This document shows, piece after piece, positions 1 to 13,800 of a DNA stretch of 64,000 bases (position 1 is its first letter; each line of letters begins with the position of its first letter). A program made the position numbers and the translations under genes. The DNA lies in the NCBI GenBank assembly GCA_030141605.1, contig JAQGDQ010000019.1:1259909-1323908 (forward strand), in the 5' to 3' direction. Source of the stretch: Tubiluchus corallicola. Its lineage: Eukaryota > Animalia > Priapulida. The notes beneath the pieces are model-generated. The model was given only the letters and a program-made list of their open reading frames with translations, had not been told where the DNA came from and ran no database searches.

Positions 1-285
1 GGATAGCCCAAGAGCTGTTTCTAAAAAGTAATGTAGGGAGTAAGAATTCTTAGTAATGCCACACTTTTAACGATAAGTTCATTTAGTTCTCCAAGCAAAA
101 ATGTAAGTGGTTCTGATCTCTAGGAGTACTTTGTACATTTGTACAAGTTGTTGACCTCTGTGAATGCAAATTGATTGGCAGTTGCAAAAATAGAAATAAC
201 TTCTGACAAATAAATGTTAAAAGATGTGGCAAGCTAACCTGCTTTGTATGGATCCTGTACTAATATAATAAATACGTAAAGAAAT

Positions 286-383
286 ATGCCACTTGTCAAA
301 CTAAAATTAACTGACTTAACTGCAGTCATTCATTTATCTAAGCCTGCAGTTAAGTCAGTGAATTTTAGTTTGATAAGTGGCAT
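286..383. repeat. Near-perfect 98-bp hairpin (40-bp arms, 18-nt loop)
   Basis: ATGCCACTTGTCAAACTAAAATTAACTGACTTAACTGCAG ... CTGCAGTTAAGTCAGTGAATTTTAGTTTGATAAGTGGCAT. The arms are reverse complements with two differences. Confidence 0.85.
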
Positions 384-1139
384 TATCCAAGCATATCCTA
401 ACAATTAAAAAGAACAACATTTTCATAATCAGATTACATCATTGCCCAGCTCATAGCTTGTAATCCGTAGCTTAGTTAACTAACTTCAATTTTCATGCAG
501 CAGGTGTGTGTGACAGGGTCTAGTGTTCTTGCCGTTACCGTCAACTTGCCCTAGCGATGAAAAGGCAGTAGCACGCATAACTGCTGTGTTAGCATACAGC
601 TTCTCCACACACAAGACTTTGTACAACCTCCTCAAGATGCAAGCTGGTAACTATCTTCTTACAGAGATGGGCTAATCAATATCGTAGTAGTATTGAACAC
701 CAGCAGTGTTGTGCTAAGGACCTAATTTTGCATCTCAATACCATGTAACAAAATTGCTGTGTCAAAATATCAGAAAAGATGGATGAGTTGTGTGAAAAAA
801 TTTGGATGCTTTTCGTTTCTAAACTTTTCTTTAACCACTACCCTTCAGATAAACAAGGTTTTCATACCAGGTAGCAAGGATTTTCATACCATACAACTAT
901 TACAAGGCTTTTTTACCTCTATCAGCCATCGTTTGTTTCTTTGACGGAGACTATTCAGCCTTTGTCCAGTAAAATTTGTTGACTGCTCCAAGCATATCTA
1001 GGGAAGGACATCTATGCTGCACAAAAATACATTTTTGATATACACACAACAACAATTTACTGCTTAATATTTTATTTCTAAGTTTATATTCTTTAAATAG
1101 CACTTATTTTTTAACTTAGCAAGCTTGCTCACTACAGTT

Positions 1140-2130
1140 TTCGGGGTAATGCGCCTTTCACATCATATCTAGAAAATCGGAAACATTTTACTGCAGTTGA
1201 TGACAATGAATCACAGGCGACTAATATCATGTGTGAAGTCCAACAGGGATCAATCCTTGATCCATTATTATTCCTGATATATATTAATGACCTCCCTTTG
1301 GCTTTCAATTTTCATACCAGATCATTTGCAGATGATACGAATCTCTTTTTGGTAAATAAAAATCTCGAAAAGTACTGTCAAAGCCGAAATTAAAAAAATG
1401 ATATTTTGATGAAGGGAAATTACAATAAAACCAAATTTATGCTTATTACTAACCATCAGTCTAAATCTGATCTATATAATTTTAAAATTAAAATGGGTAA
1501 TGACATCATAGAGCAAAATGTAAATGAGGCAAGTAGAGCAAATAAAATATTTAGGCTTACGTATTAACAACAAATGACATGGAAACCACATATTACTTAC
1601 ATATCGTATAAAATCAATAAAATTTTTGGTATCATATCTAAAATTAGGCACTAAGTTGATAAAGACACGCTCAATACAGTTTCAATACTGCATGCTAACA
1701 TTTGCTTTTGCACAACTGCTGCACTATAACCTCTTACAACTGCTCAAAATAAAATTGTTAAAATACTGAATTTTTTTCCAGTAGAGACTAAGCAACCGCT
1801 GCAGCTGCTAAAAAAAACTTTCACATTCCAAAGTTTCATGATATCTGTAATTTTCAACTAGCTAAATTTGTCTGTAAATTTAAACATAATTTACTTCACA
1901 AATTCTTTTCTGATTACTACACATATACGTCAGATATACAACGATATAATATAAGATCTGCAAAAAGAAATGCTTTTTTGCAAACAGGTTTACAACCGGT
2001 AGACGTAAATGCTCACTTCAATACAAAGGTGTTGTACTAAGGAACTCCCTTGCGGCAGACCTATTAGCAGGCACATTGATTATTTTTCAAAAAAAGTACA
2101 AAACAACCACTAATGAAATACGACCATGAT
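1140..2130 (+). mobile_element. Decayed non-LTR retrotransposon (CR1/L2-group LINE) reverse transcriptase and C-terminal fragment
   Basis: Translates in pieces to QGSILDPLLFLIYINDLP (about 1243-1296), FADDT (about 1325-1340), YLGL, WKPHI and a degenerate LWNSL motif near 2036. Frameshifts and stops are present and the boundaries are approximate. Confidence 0.85.
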
Positions 2131-3360
2131 CAACAATTAATATGTTTTTGTGTTCTTGTCCTGGCTCGTAAGCCTAATATAAAAGCCGTTATCATTTGAT
2201 AAAGTGCCTATTGTTTTGATTTTTCCAACACATTTGTTTTTCTTGTCCAGTATATTCTGCTCGCAGTTTATGAAATGTTTTGCTTTTCAGTGAGCAACAA
2301 GTTGTAGTATATCAAATGAAAGGTGTTGGTGAGACAGACTGAATGGTGTATCTTGACCCGTATTTGATTGAGCCTTGAGCCACTGGTCAAAACGTGACAA
2401 GCTTTTATTTTATTGAAACTGTTAATCGAGTCAGATACAGCCATACTTACATACAATAACATACAATGTTGTTAATTATTTTGAAAACAATTTTTATTTG
2501 CAAATACAAAACAAAAGCTGTCATGTAAAGCATCTCCTGTAACAGAAGCAGAATCTTACCACAGTTTTTGACACAGTCAAAAACGTCCACTAGTTAAGTT
2601 TAGCTTATTAATGCATTTGTACATGATTTGTACAGTTTGTAAACCAACATATATACATAAGATTTGAGGTTACAGTTCCAATGACGGCACCATTCTTAGC
2701 GATCTATATACCAAACAAAAGTTTCGATCTAGAAGTTTACCATTGGGGGTTTGTTTTTTTAATCGGGCCCCCGCTGGATTTTTCTCCAGATTTTTGCAAA
2801 ATTCATATCTCTTGCTTCTAGAGCAATGGGATGGGCCAGAGGGGAGATGCTGGTAATGGTTCGATAGCTCGTTCAAAGTTGGGTCTAGTATGGCTATTTA
2901 TAATTTGCAGGAGGGCCACGGCTTTCTGCTATGACAGTTTCCCGGACTCACCGAAATTTTGCAGAAGAATGCACAAATAGCCTCCACAAAAAATGTATTT
3001 GTGTTGCCATTTGGGCACATTGGGAAAAAATCTTGCGGAAAGAGGAAGAAACATTCTACAATTCGTAAAGGTTTCGTTAGGGGAGAATCCACTGTACAAA
3101 ATTCTTTTTCAACTTTTCTTCTTTCTTATATATATCTATAAATGTGTATATATGTCAGTCTATTATCATCGACAAAATTAATGGTTAAAGAAAGGCTGAT
3201 AAACACTATGCGAAATACTCGTGCTTTGTATTTCCCAAAAAATAAATTACTCTTACGCTCTTATTACTCTTACGAATGTGGAAGTTATAAGAAGAATTAC
3301 TGAGTGTACGACGACAATGATGGAATTTAGAAAAGAATGTGGAGCCAATATGCAGCTATG

Positions 3361-3424
3361 AAGATACGAAGACCCAAGGATAACTTGTCCAAGATATGAA
3401 GACCCGAGGATAACTTGTCCAAGA
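3361..3424. repeat. 30-bp tandem duplication (2 copies)
   Basis: AAGATA(C/T)GAAGACCC(A/G)AGGATAACTTGTCC occurs twice back to back. Confidence 0.85.
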
Positions 3425-3479
3425 ATACCTTATTCCAAAGAAATTAGGATCTAGATGGTAACTATTTGTAAATGGTCCT

Positions 3480-3670
3480 CTCACAAATGCTTTTTGAAAC
3501 CGTTAACTAATGAAGCACTGATGGCATCTGATGAAAGATTATTCCATGGTTTAATTATGCGATGCCCAAAGAAGTGTGATCTGATGTTGGTTCTAGCTGG
3601 TTGCACAAATGACTCCTGACCACGAAGAACACTGTCAGGCCTGCAAAAAAGTTTGTCTCTAGACAGTAAT
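3480..3670 (-). mobile_element. LINE (CR1/L2-like) ORF2 C-terminal remnant
   Basis: The minus strand reads IRSHFFGHRIIKPWNNLSSDA, resembling the FFxxRxxxxWNxL motif at the end of CR1-group ORF2. Confidence 0.65.
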
Positions 3671-4029
3671 TCTATTAACTATTTTGAAGTAGTTCACAAT
3701 GTCTACAGTCTCACGCCTTTGCTCGGGGATAGAAATCGAAGTGGGATCCAAATCAATAGCAAGACGAGTACATATATTCTGAGCTCTTTCGAGAACTCCA
3801 GTCACATTTTGAGAATACCGTGGGAGTGCCCCTTACGTACATAGGTTTTCAGTTTTTCACGTACTTAAAAAACTTTTGATTCGTGCAAGCAATGATGACA
3901 AAACTTAATTTAATTTCGTAAACCGACAACAAAAATTTGCTAGAAACTTATATTAGCGCATCTTACCAATTTAAAAACTTTACAAACGATCATTGATCAT
4001 CTATCGTGATTTTGAGGTCTTTCTTTAAG

Positions 4030-4870
4030 GAAGGCTGTTATGAGAAGATGCCAATTTAATGGATAACAAGGAAAAATAACAGGAAATAAAATGGAAATAA
4101 AGGAGAAGAAATATATATAAATAAAGATTTTGAAAATAAACATGTAATAGAAAATTAAAAATTGGAAAGAAAAACAAAGAAGATCACTTTAAAAGGAAAT
4201 AAATTAAAGACATCCAAGTGATATATGCAAATGCAAGAAGAATAAATTCCAAAAATGATACTAAAAAATATTAAAAGAAGCAAAACCGTCAATTATTGCA
4301 CTTGTTGAAACACAATTGATAGGACAAGAGGATCTGAAAATACCAAGGTATAATTACTAATTTTTATAATAACAGAAGAGACGGAAAAGGAGGTAGCTTC
4401 TTGACGTCAATATGAAGGAAAAAATCAGAAATGTAGTTATAAGAGTAAACGAAGAAAGAATATGCAGAGAAACATTGTGTGCATATACTTGTTAATAATA
4501 TACTTGTTATTAACATACTTGTTAATAATCAAAGGATTAATTTACAGACAGATTTAACATTATTATCGATTATAAGGATCCAGAACAAATAAGAAAAGTA
4601 TAGATGAAATGTATGAAAAATACATGATAATATTGCATAGCAAAAGGTAAATGGCAAAAATTGTCATTATTACGAGAAATTAATGCCAAAGTAGGCAACA
4701 GAATAAGTGCAAATAATTCAGGCGTAACACATGCTGGAAGAAACCTCATAAAATTAGTGATTCATGAAAAATTAATATTGGCAGATATTTGCGAAAGTAA
4801 CAGGGCTGTGGAGTGTGAACAGGAAGAGTATGTGGAGTGAAACTTCAGTAACTGATTATATCACAAAATG
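4030..4870 (+). mobile_element. Decayed LINE apurinic-endonuclease (APE) region
   Basis: A-rich + strand with broken motifs IIALVETQL (about 4292), NAKVG of the GDFNAK motif (about 4682) and DYI (about 4854). Many stops are present. Confidence 0.6.
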
Positions 4871-5544
4871 AAAGGTGTTTCAGAGAGTTGTATTTGGACA
4901 GCTGGAATTTTCTGCATTAGCCAATTACACACAAATGGTACTGTACGTTGTTACAATGCAAACACTGCAGTTGCTGAAAGCTTTTTAAAACTTTTTCGTC
5001 AAAAATCGATTTTTAATTTCTTTAAGGTAAACCAACACGTTTCCTGTATAATGTTTTACGAAAATCCATTGCGTGAGGAGTAGAAAACTTCAATAAATTA
5101 TCAAATATAACGTAATTGTTTAGTGAAAGCAGTTTTCCGTGAACTCATGCAAAATGCAGCAAATGCTTATGACATGAATAATTCAACAAATTCGATTCAA
5201 TTGGAATTTTAATAATTATTTCAAACACCAATCGAATTCGAATTGAGTTTAAAAGATTTTCCACCAAGTTTCTGAACCATCAGTGAAAACTGGTCTTACA
5301 AAGAAGGGCGCCCACATTATATAACGATACCAAGTTTAGGATAGGCAGATGGCAGGAGACATGAAAATGCCATTATAACGCAATGAAGGTAAGTGATTTA
5401 GTTGTGATATCAATATCTGACTTCACACTTTTTTCAAGTTCACGCTTTTTTCACACGTGTGTGCCAGCAACTAAATGTGGTTTCTCGTTAATTGACACAA
5501 GTGGTGTTGTTACCTGTCCTGGGGTTTGATGTTTCAGTCGGTGT

Positions 5545-5626
5545 CAGTGCGGGTGGCCGAGTGCTTAAGGTAACGGGTTATGAGTGCTTCTCTGCTTGCA
5601 GCCCGAGTTCGAATTTCACAACCACC
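5545..5626 (+). pseudogene. tRNA-derived sequence (SINE head or tRNA pseudogene)
   Basis: A-box-like TGGCCGAGTGC at 5554 followed by TTAAGG, and B-box-like GAGTTCGAAT at 5605. The spacing resembles long-variable-arm tRNAs, but no clean acceptor stem or anticodon was seen. Confidence 0.45.
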
Positions 5627-6007
5627 TATATTGGCACGAACAGTTGTTATATGTGTTATATATTTGTGTCTCAGTGTTGTTGTATTCGTTAATGTCGCTT
5701 ATAGTAGCCTATGGCTAACATTGTCTGTTGTCCCAGTGACTGTAAATAAATGTCCTTGTCCTTTTTTGATGTTTCAAACGTTTTGATGATAAAGAACGTA
5801 TGTGTTTGAAGCAGTGAATTGAATTCAATTTGTGGTAGGGAATGCTCAGTGCTGCTCACTCCTACTAATTAGTCTCGCTTAAGGTATTCTTTTAGAATAT
5901 ATGGCACGTAGCCGTATCACTTATCCCCGCTGTATAAACGCAAGTTGAATCAAACGCGAAAGTGCCTGGGTGACGAAGTTGCGATTTGCCAGGATTGGCA
6001 CTACTGC

Positions 6008-6749
6008 TGTTGGGAGCCGAGTGGACCACTGCGCCAAGTAGACCAATTGGTCTACTTGGGCTGCCCAAGTAGGACACTAGAGACAGGTCGCGAATTGAGT
6101 CGTTAAGTGTACTGACACCGTCCGTTGTGCTTGTTTATGTAATAATAATAATTAAAAACGTTAGTACACGTTGAATAATTTATTATACATCTAATAAAAT
6201 AAAAGAATTTTATTCTGAGCTGGTAGAACGGACAATATTAAATTTGGTTTCGATATTAATGTTGTTGAAGTGAAAAAAACCACTTTTTTGCGAATACAAA
6301 ATTTGTTTAAGGTATATCATTTTTGATTTTGTCTCACTTCACAAACAGGTGATCCGTTTCACTACCTCTTGGGCAAATAATTGTTTTCTTATAAGTAAAC
6401 GTTCTAGCAATCTATGTGTCCTACATGGGCTAGCGAGCCATGTAGGACAGTGCCCTACATGTTACAATACTACTGATAATATTAAAACTAATTATCCTTG
6501 CTTTTCTTAAATGTTAAAAATTGCTTTTTGGTGTTGTGAAAGCTTAGCAGCATCTGTCTTATTTTTAAATTTGCAATTATTTCTGTAAATAATAAAATGA
6601 AGAAACTTTCACAGACTTTTCAAAAATTTGACAAAATTACCGATTCTCGACAAAAATCGCTAGTGTCCTACTTGGGCTGCCCATGTAGGACACTACTTTT
6701 AGCGCATCAAGTGGTCTACTTGGCGCAGTGGTCCACTCGGCTCCCAACA
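6008..6749. mobile_element. Non-autonomous DNA transposon, Ginger2/TDD-like (TGT...ACA ends, 5-bp TSD), copy 1
   Basis: Perfect 38-bp TIR TGTTGGGAGCCGAGTGGACCACTGCGCCAAGTAGACCA. Flanking direct repeat ACTGC at 6003-6007 and 6750-6754. Internal GTAGGACA/TGTCCTAC palindromic sub-repeats. Confidence 0.85.
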
Positions 6750-8418
6750 ACTGCCATTGTTAATTTTGTCATTATTTTATGTGGAAGAAAAGATTCTCTC
6801 AGTACAAAGTGTCAACAATTTGGCATTCATTCATTCAACTGAAAGAAACCTCTTCGGGCCAATATTTTGCTAGTGTATTGTTTCGTTAAAATATACCAGA
6901 ATAGACAAAGTCAAAATGTTGAAACCATCTATGGCAATTTTACTTATTTTTCGTTCTTGTATCGTACTTCGGAGAGATCATGATATTGACGAAATAGCTT
7001 TTCAGTAAAAAGATTAGGCAGTATGATCTAAAATTTATGTTTATGGGGCATAGCTTAAAGTAAACTTATCACACGTGTCGATGTGGCTTTCGTGAAGCAC
7101 GGCGGATAAAAAGACTCGTATTTTAACATAGAGGGAGAATTGATTAGGTACTGGTTTCGCAAACAACGAAGGAATGCTACCGGAATAGATGCAACAAATC
7201 AGAAGAAAAAACATATTTACGAGAAAGCTCGTACTTAACAGTGATGTGCAGTGGATTTTAAAACAATGCCTGCAATCAGCTAAGGGGATTTTCCTGTATT
7301 TAAGGACATTTTAGAGGCCTAAACTGAGATCTGTATTCTGATAGGTAGACATTCTCAAATGTCAAAAATGCTATTTTTAGCTACATTTATCGAGGTAGTA
7401 TTCATTGTATTCTATTCCTAAAGCAAGTTCATATTACAATGTATGTGGAATGCAACGGGCCTACAGATAACCCATTACTTAAACAAAAGCCTACGCACTC
7501 GGGAAGTTGATCTTATTATTATTATTTTTAATATTTAAGAAAAAATATTAGAAAGCTTCAGCAATAAAATTGTGCTAAGCGCCTTGTGTAATTAGTAAAA
7601 TTAATTTAAAGGACTTATAACTTCATGCTTGGGCGCGATTATTTTGAACGAAAAACAGCGTCATCCAGTTATTGTGCAATATAAACACTTATCCCAACAA
7701 GTGCTTAAACAAGCCTTTCTTACAGCAGAAGTTTTTATTATCAAAGACGAACAATCCAAAACGTTAAGTGAGAGATCATCTGCCTTTAATCTACATCTGT
7801 TTTTGCAGCATCTACTTGTATTATTATATTTACTTTCTTCAGTAGTTGCGTGTTACTACCTCTACTTTGTAAAACATTTGCTTTATCTATTTTGATAAAG
7901 GAAATTAAAATCTTCCTTGTAATCAGTTGATTAGCAAGATTGAGGTCATGTTAAGTATATCAACAAGAGTAGACCCCCATTGTTATGGTTTAGGTGGTCG
8001 CTTCTTTCCAGAGCAATTACAACCTGATGTTATATACTTGTTGTTCTTAAAAATATTGTATTCTTTTTATTTTTGCAAACATTTTTGAAAAGGTTACCAG
8101 GTAACTATCAGTTTATTGTTACATAAATATCATAGTTAGCAAATTTAACTTTCTCATAATTATCTTTTCTAAGGAAAATATTTTAGTGGCATTTAACACT
8201 GTTAGTGCTTATTAAGCCTAATAATCTGTTATTTATTGGGTAATTGGTAAAACGAACTCCTAGTAAGTAGAATCAAAGAATGTGGATATTAGAAAATAGT
8301 CTGAAGATTTTTCCCTTACAATTACTGTATCAGTATAAAAATGAGTTGCTGTGTTTTAGTTTCATTTCTTTAAATATTACACCCTGTGTGTATTCGCTTT
8401 GCGATCTGTTTTGGCTGT

Positions 8419-8430
8419 CAGATGGCGCCA
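8419..8430 (+). promoter_or_regulatory. CTCF/YY1-like motif CAGATGGCGCCA in a CpG-richer patch, candidate ZNF318 promoter region
   Basis: The motif is seen directly. It lies about 2.1 kb upstream of the ZNF318 ATG, with a possible donor CCGC/GTAAGC near 8650 for a non-coding first exon. Confidence 0.4.
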
Positions 8431-10556
8431 CATGCTTACGTTAATTGTGTCGTAGCTCTTACAGTCAGCGGAAGCGATAGAAAATATTCTAATTTTAATT
8501 TGATCAGCCATTTAATACACTGTTATTAGTTTTTGTCACTGCTGGTTTTCGCGTATTATCGTTGGATTTTCAAAATCTCTATCGTGTGTTGAATAGCAGT
8601 CATTTGCGTATCATGTTCCAAACACTGCGTTGAAAGTTCCTTCTACCGCGTAAGCGTTATGGAATTCGGTAGTTCCATCCAACGTGCATATTAATGACTC
8701 ACATGCAATTATTTCTTAATAATATTAAGCCTACTGCCTGTAAATGAACAGCTGTTCTGTTAAAAAAGTTTGATGCAATATTTACAAACAACTCATTGCT
8801 TTTCATAAATTTGATTTTCATTGTCTTCCATTTATCTATGGTATTTACCAAAAATATTATAAAATATTTTCCCTATCATTTGGATATATTATGGATTTAT
8901 ACTACTTTAACAATCACACTTCAGTGCTAGTTATTGAATTTGTTACTGAGTATATAATTATATTATCAGTTGAATTCATTGTCACACAAAAGTGCATGTA
9001 GGCACTATATCATAATATGAATTTTAAATTTTTTCTTGCTTCTTGAACTGCTGTAGTTTGGTATTTTACTGTATGTATTTTAGTAGAAATGAAGTGTGTA
9101 TTTTAATCTAATGTGTTGTAATATTAGCGTTTAATTTTTATTATGAAAATGGCTGAAAGTGTAAAATATTAATTAATTTATTTATTTACTTATACTATTT
9201 ATTTCGAGCATACAGTTCACTGCAGTAAATTGTAAAAAATGCAAAATTATATAAAAAGAAATTTACAGGATTAGTACATTACACTGACACAAATAAATAT
9301 ACTGTATATATAAATATTAATACATAGTTCTAAATGGATGAAAAAAATGAAGTATGTCCACTTTGAACAGTTGGAAAACAAAGGCTTTTCCATTTTTAAT
9401 ATTTGTGAATATAATCAATATCCCGTATCAAAAGCATTTATAATATGCCTGTTTGCAGAGTGAGAGAAAAAAGAAGTGTGTGCGAGTGAAATGCACTTTA
9501 GTTGTTTTATAAGGAGATGCATTATTGCCACGAAAACATTTTAGTAATGTTAACTGTGCATTAACGAAGCAGGGTTTATTACTATTGACTTTTGACAAGC
9601 AGTGACGACTGAGAGTAATGATGAAGTGCAAACACAAAACATTTGTGCAAGTGCCACTTATAGAAATTCCCAGAGAACAGAAGGTGCTAAACAAATCTTT
9701 CACTGTAGCATACTAACAATAGGTCAGAGCTATCAGGGATCATAGGAAAATAAGTGAAACTTATTTTAGCACAGAATCCTTGGCTACCAATGTATTTCTT
9801 GCTTTTTAGGTGTGCTGGAAACAAAATTTGACAATAAAAGTGTTTAATATATATATCTGGAACTAGACACCTCTGCTAGTTTAGTGTCATGTGTTCTCCA
9901 GGTTCCTGATAATAAGGACCGGTCCTTGAATCAATTACATCTATTCTTGGGTGCTACTTCCCAGCTTTCATGATGCCAAACTGATATACTAGATAAAAAA
10001 CACATTATAAGGTTCCATACAATGGCAGCATTCATACCTGTTTAATAAAGAAGTAGGCAGCCATACTATTAGGGTTTGGCAAGCATTTTAAAATGATAAT
10101 TGTAGAATTGTATTAGTGAAATAACTGGGCCATGGGCCTACAAGTGCATAGCTGTTGATGTCTAACAATAGTGCAGTCTAAGTTCTTTAATGGTTAAATA
10201 TATTATAACTGTTGTTATCTTTTTTGAAATTTGGTGCACCCTGAACACATTGTAAAAACATCTAATTCTGCTTATATAGCACAAGAAAAAACTCTTCAAT
10301 TTTTTTTCACATTTTGCTGCTATGTGATTACAACATGTGTGCACAATTGGAGATTGTTTCAGATAAGTACTGATACAATTTCGTTATAAAAATTTCTTGC
10401 ATTACTAATTGTGACTGCACTTGGACACGAGTGTAGTTAACGACACAGGGTTTATGTAGCATTTTTTATTGGCATGTATATGTTGTAACTTATTTTAAAA
10501 TAATGAAGATTATTTTATGGTAGTCAGTTTCAATGTGTTTGTTTAGATAGAGCAAG

Positions 10557-10889
10557 ATGAATAGAAGGCCAACACGTGGTCGGTTTCCAAGATCTGGTTT
10601 CAGGGGTAGGGGAATGCCATTTGTTCCACGGCGAGGTGTTAGAGGGGTGTTAGCCAATAGAGGTGGTGGATTTCCAAAATTATCATCTTATTCTCATCCG
10701 CTTCTTGATGAGAGACGCAGTATATCTCCTGTTAGACCTTCTCATCCAGAAAGGTTGTCCAGGTCAAGATCACCTTCTTATTCTTCAGGACGACGAGCAT
10801 ATTCGCCAGTACCCATTGGACACAGCCCACTTTCTCCAGAAGGTCGGTTTCAAGATCTTCCAAAGTCTTCATGGTCACCACAATCAAAA
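10557..10889 (+). CDS. ZNF318: ZNF318-like gene A, coding exon 1 (RG- and RS/SP-rich N-terminus)
   Basis: Acceptor TTTGTTTAG ends at 10546, ATG at 10557, donor AAA/GTATGA after 10889. 111 codons, phase 0 matches the next exon. Confidence 0.8.
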
Positions 10890-13800
10890 GTATGAGTTTA
10901 CCTAAATTTTTATATATGTATTATCATTAACAAAAGTTTAAGTTTAAGACCCTTGTTCTTGAAAACAATATTTCAGAATCCTGACAAGTATTTCGTTGTT
11001 TTTAGATGATACATTCCTTTGTTTGCACCAGCCATTCTAGACAAGAGGTTTAGGTTTACAGTTTAATTAATATTTGCATCAAAACTTATAATTTTATTTT
11101 TATAGCATATTTGTATGACAGTAGACTTTATTTTATTGAAGTCCAGTATTCTGGTCGTCAGGTAACAATGTTTAACTTTCACATAAAATCTTGATGTCAC
11201 GCATATAATGTCTTTGATCGAAATTACTAAGTATCATACAATTATTTCTTGTAGTCAGGTACGCATAACACTGATACATTTTCTGGAATAAGTGACAAAT
11301 CGTTACAAAATGTCCTCTTATTTTTTCTATTTTTCCCATATGGTTATAGTTATACTGTATGGTAGTGGCTGTCAGTCAGCAAGTGTTTGTGAAACAAGGG
11401 CCAGGGAGGTGTGGCTTTGTGCCCATGTGATCTATATATACTGCATAGTTTATGCCAGTTATCAGCAAGCAAAGATTCCTGCATTACACATGTTGTAATG
11501 CAAGTGTTAATCTCGTGAGCAATCCATTGAAACCCCCTATTTGCATTTATGGGTGATGTAGGGCTTTGACACTATCATGCCTCAATAACGTTGTTTGCGA
11601 GCATGCACTACTCATACCATTGAACATAACTAAGAAACAAAATTTCTATTGAATGAAATGAAATCTCCCTTTTGCAAAATTTAAACTTTTCTCATTTGAA
11701 CAAATGATCTATGGCTACTGCATTTGATATTTCAGCAAATTTTCAAGGGTATAATACTGTGTAGCATATAATAACTATTCAAAGTAGAGTGTTTTCATGA
11801 ATCCGCTTTTAACTGTTGTATAAGGCCACTCCTCATAATTACGATTTGAGATGGTAAATTAACCCAGCAAATCACATTAAACTTTTAATTAGCCCTACAT
11901 TGTGCACAGCAGCCTGGTAAGGAGACAAATAAGTAAGCCTGCTAGGTGACCAAACATTATTGCTGAAGGGTGGAGGGCATATACTGCTTACAAACATCAA
12001 TGAATTTTCAAACCTATTATTGTCTGTAATTAGGGTAGGGCTGTTTAAGGATGGGGGAATATAGGCACTGATCAGTTGCAAATTTTGTATGGCAAAAAGA
12101 CTTCACTTACAGACATACCAGTTTTTCCACATTTTGAATATTTCTCGATTTTCCCCTGATTGATACCATAATATAAAGGTCACACAAAATGAGATCAGAT
12201 TGCAGTGAGATATAATATTCCCTCCCTTTGCACAAAATAGAATCACCCATCTAAGGTCTAGGCAATGCAAGTTGTCTGGCTATGAAGCACTTAGAATACA
12301 TGTGCCCAGTGCACTTAGCTGCTATATTAATACCGATTTGACATAATTATGCGCAATATTGTAACTTAAAAGGTCTAAAGTAAAGTAATCTTTCTTCCCT
12401 TCCACATTCGAAAAAAGGTGTGCGTTTCCCAAGTGACTAAAATGTAGAGGTATCACCCTTTTAAAGACTTATTTAGTGTTGTCTGAAAGGTATCTAAAAA
12501 TTCTAGAGTGCAAAACAACACTAGGGTTATTTACAGCACTCCCTCAATCAGACGCGTAGCTGATTCTCCCTATTTTGGACACCTGTAATGTAGCAGTCAT
12601 GTCTGCATGTAAGTTACACTACTACAACTTAGACTAAAAACCAGTAGGTAAAAATTCAACATAAAACCAACACATAAAATTTATTAAGCGGGAACACCTG
12701 TCATAGTAGTCGCTGCTTATTATGCAATGCACCTGCTAAGCTCGCTGCGAGTGTTAAATGCCGCGCTAGATGAAAATCGGGATAGCATGAAGCAGGCTAC
12801 TTTTGTAGCAAAAAATCAACGTTCTGACCAACAATCAAAATAGCAAAATCGATTTGACTACTTCTCCAGGTAAAACAAAGCTTCCAGTCCCTTCTAAACT
12901 ACATAGTTTATACATGGAATGGCAGCTTTGGAATCTATTTACTCTAAATGACATAACTTATTATAACAACAACAATCATTCATGGATTTGGAGGTGTTTT
13001 TGGCTGTAGTTATAAAAGTTTGTGATTATGACTCAGTCTTGCATTATTCGTGCTAATTTAAGAAGCTACCGCTAATAAGATCTATAGTTAGCAGCAGCGC
13101 CATTAATAGCAGTATCACTAGTGTATACATGCATACAGAAATTATAATCTCACGATTCTGTGTTAGAAGAGTAGCACACTCCAAAATAGATTGATTGTTC
13201 TTGTCTTCAATAATTTAACGGCAAAATTTTGTGCAGAAAAACCATCTTCTGCGAGGTTGTAGCTGCCACTTATATGAACTGCGACATCACTTGCACTAAA
13301 CTTTGCTGACTTGCACATTGAGTGATAATAGTGCACCTGTCCAGCCACCCCTTTTACTGCAAAAAAGCAAAAATACATACAATTTGGTTAAAAAGCAGTT
13401 TTACATTATGGCATATAACCCTTAACATAAAAAAAGTTTTATAACGTTTCTGGCTTGCATTTTAATACATTATAGAGTGAAATCTTAAAACATTGCAATA
13501 CTTAATAGTGAATAGACATAATGCATATTATGCTAAAGGTAAAAATGTAAATTTGAAAAACAATTAACAAATATTAGAATTTTGAAATTATTTTATAAAA
13601 CTCAAGAAGTAAAACTGAGAAATGAGTATTGACAATCAATGCCTTTTTCCATTAGCAGCTCAGACAATCTATAGTTTAGCAGCGGCTGTGCTGTATCTGA
13701 TAAGTTTTCACATGAACTTATTAATAAAGATGTAAGTTTAAGAGTTGTATTAGCATCAAAAAACAAGTGCTCTTAGGTGTATATGAGCTTAAATGTTTTA

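Noticed and set aside
3361-3424. 30-bp repeats (and the 83- and 126-bp repeats) as a CRISPR array
   Set aside because: Only two adjacent copies with no spacers, in a eukaryotic context with no cas genes.
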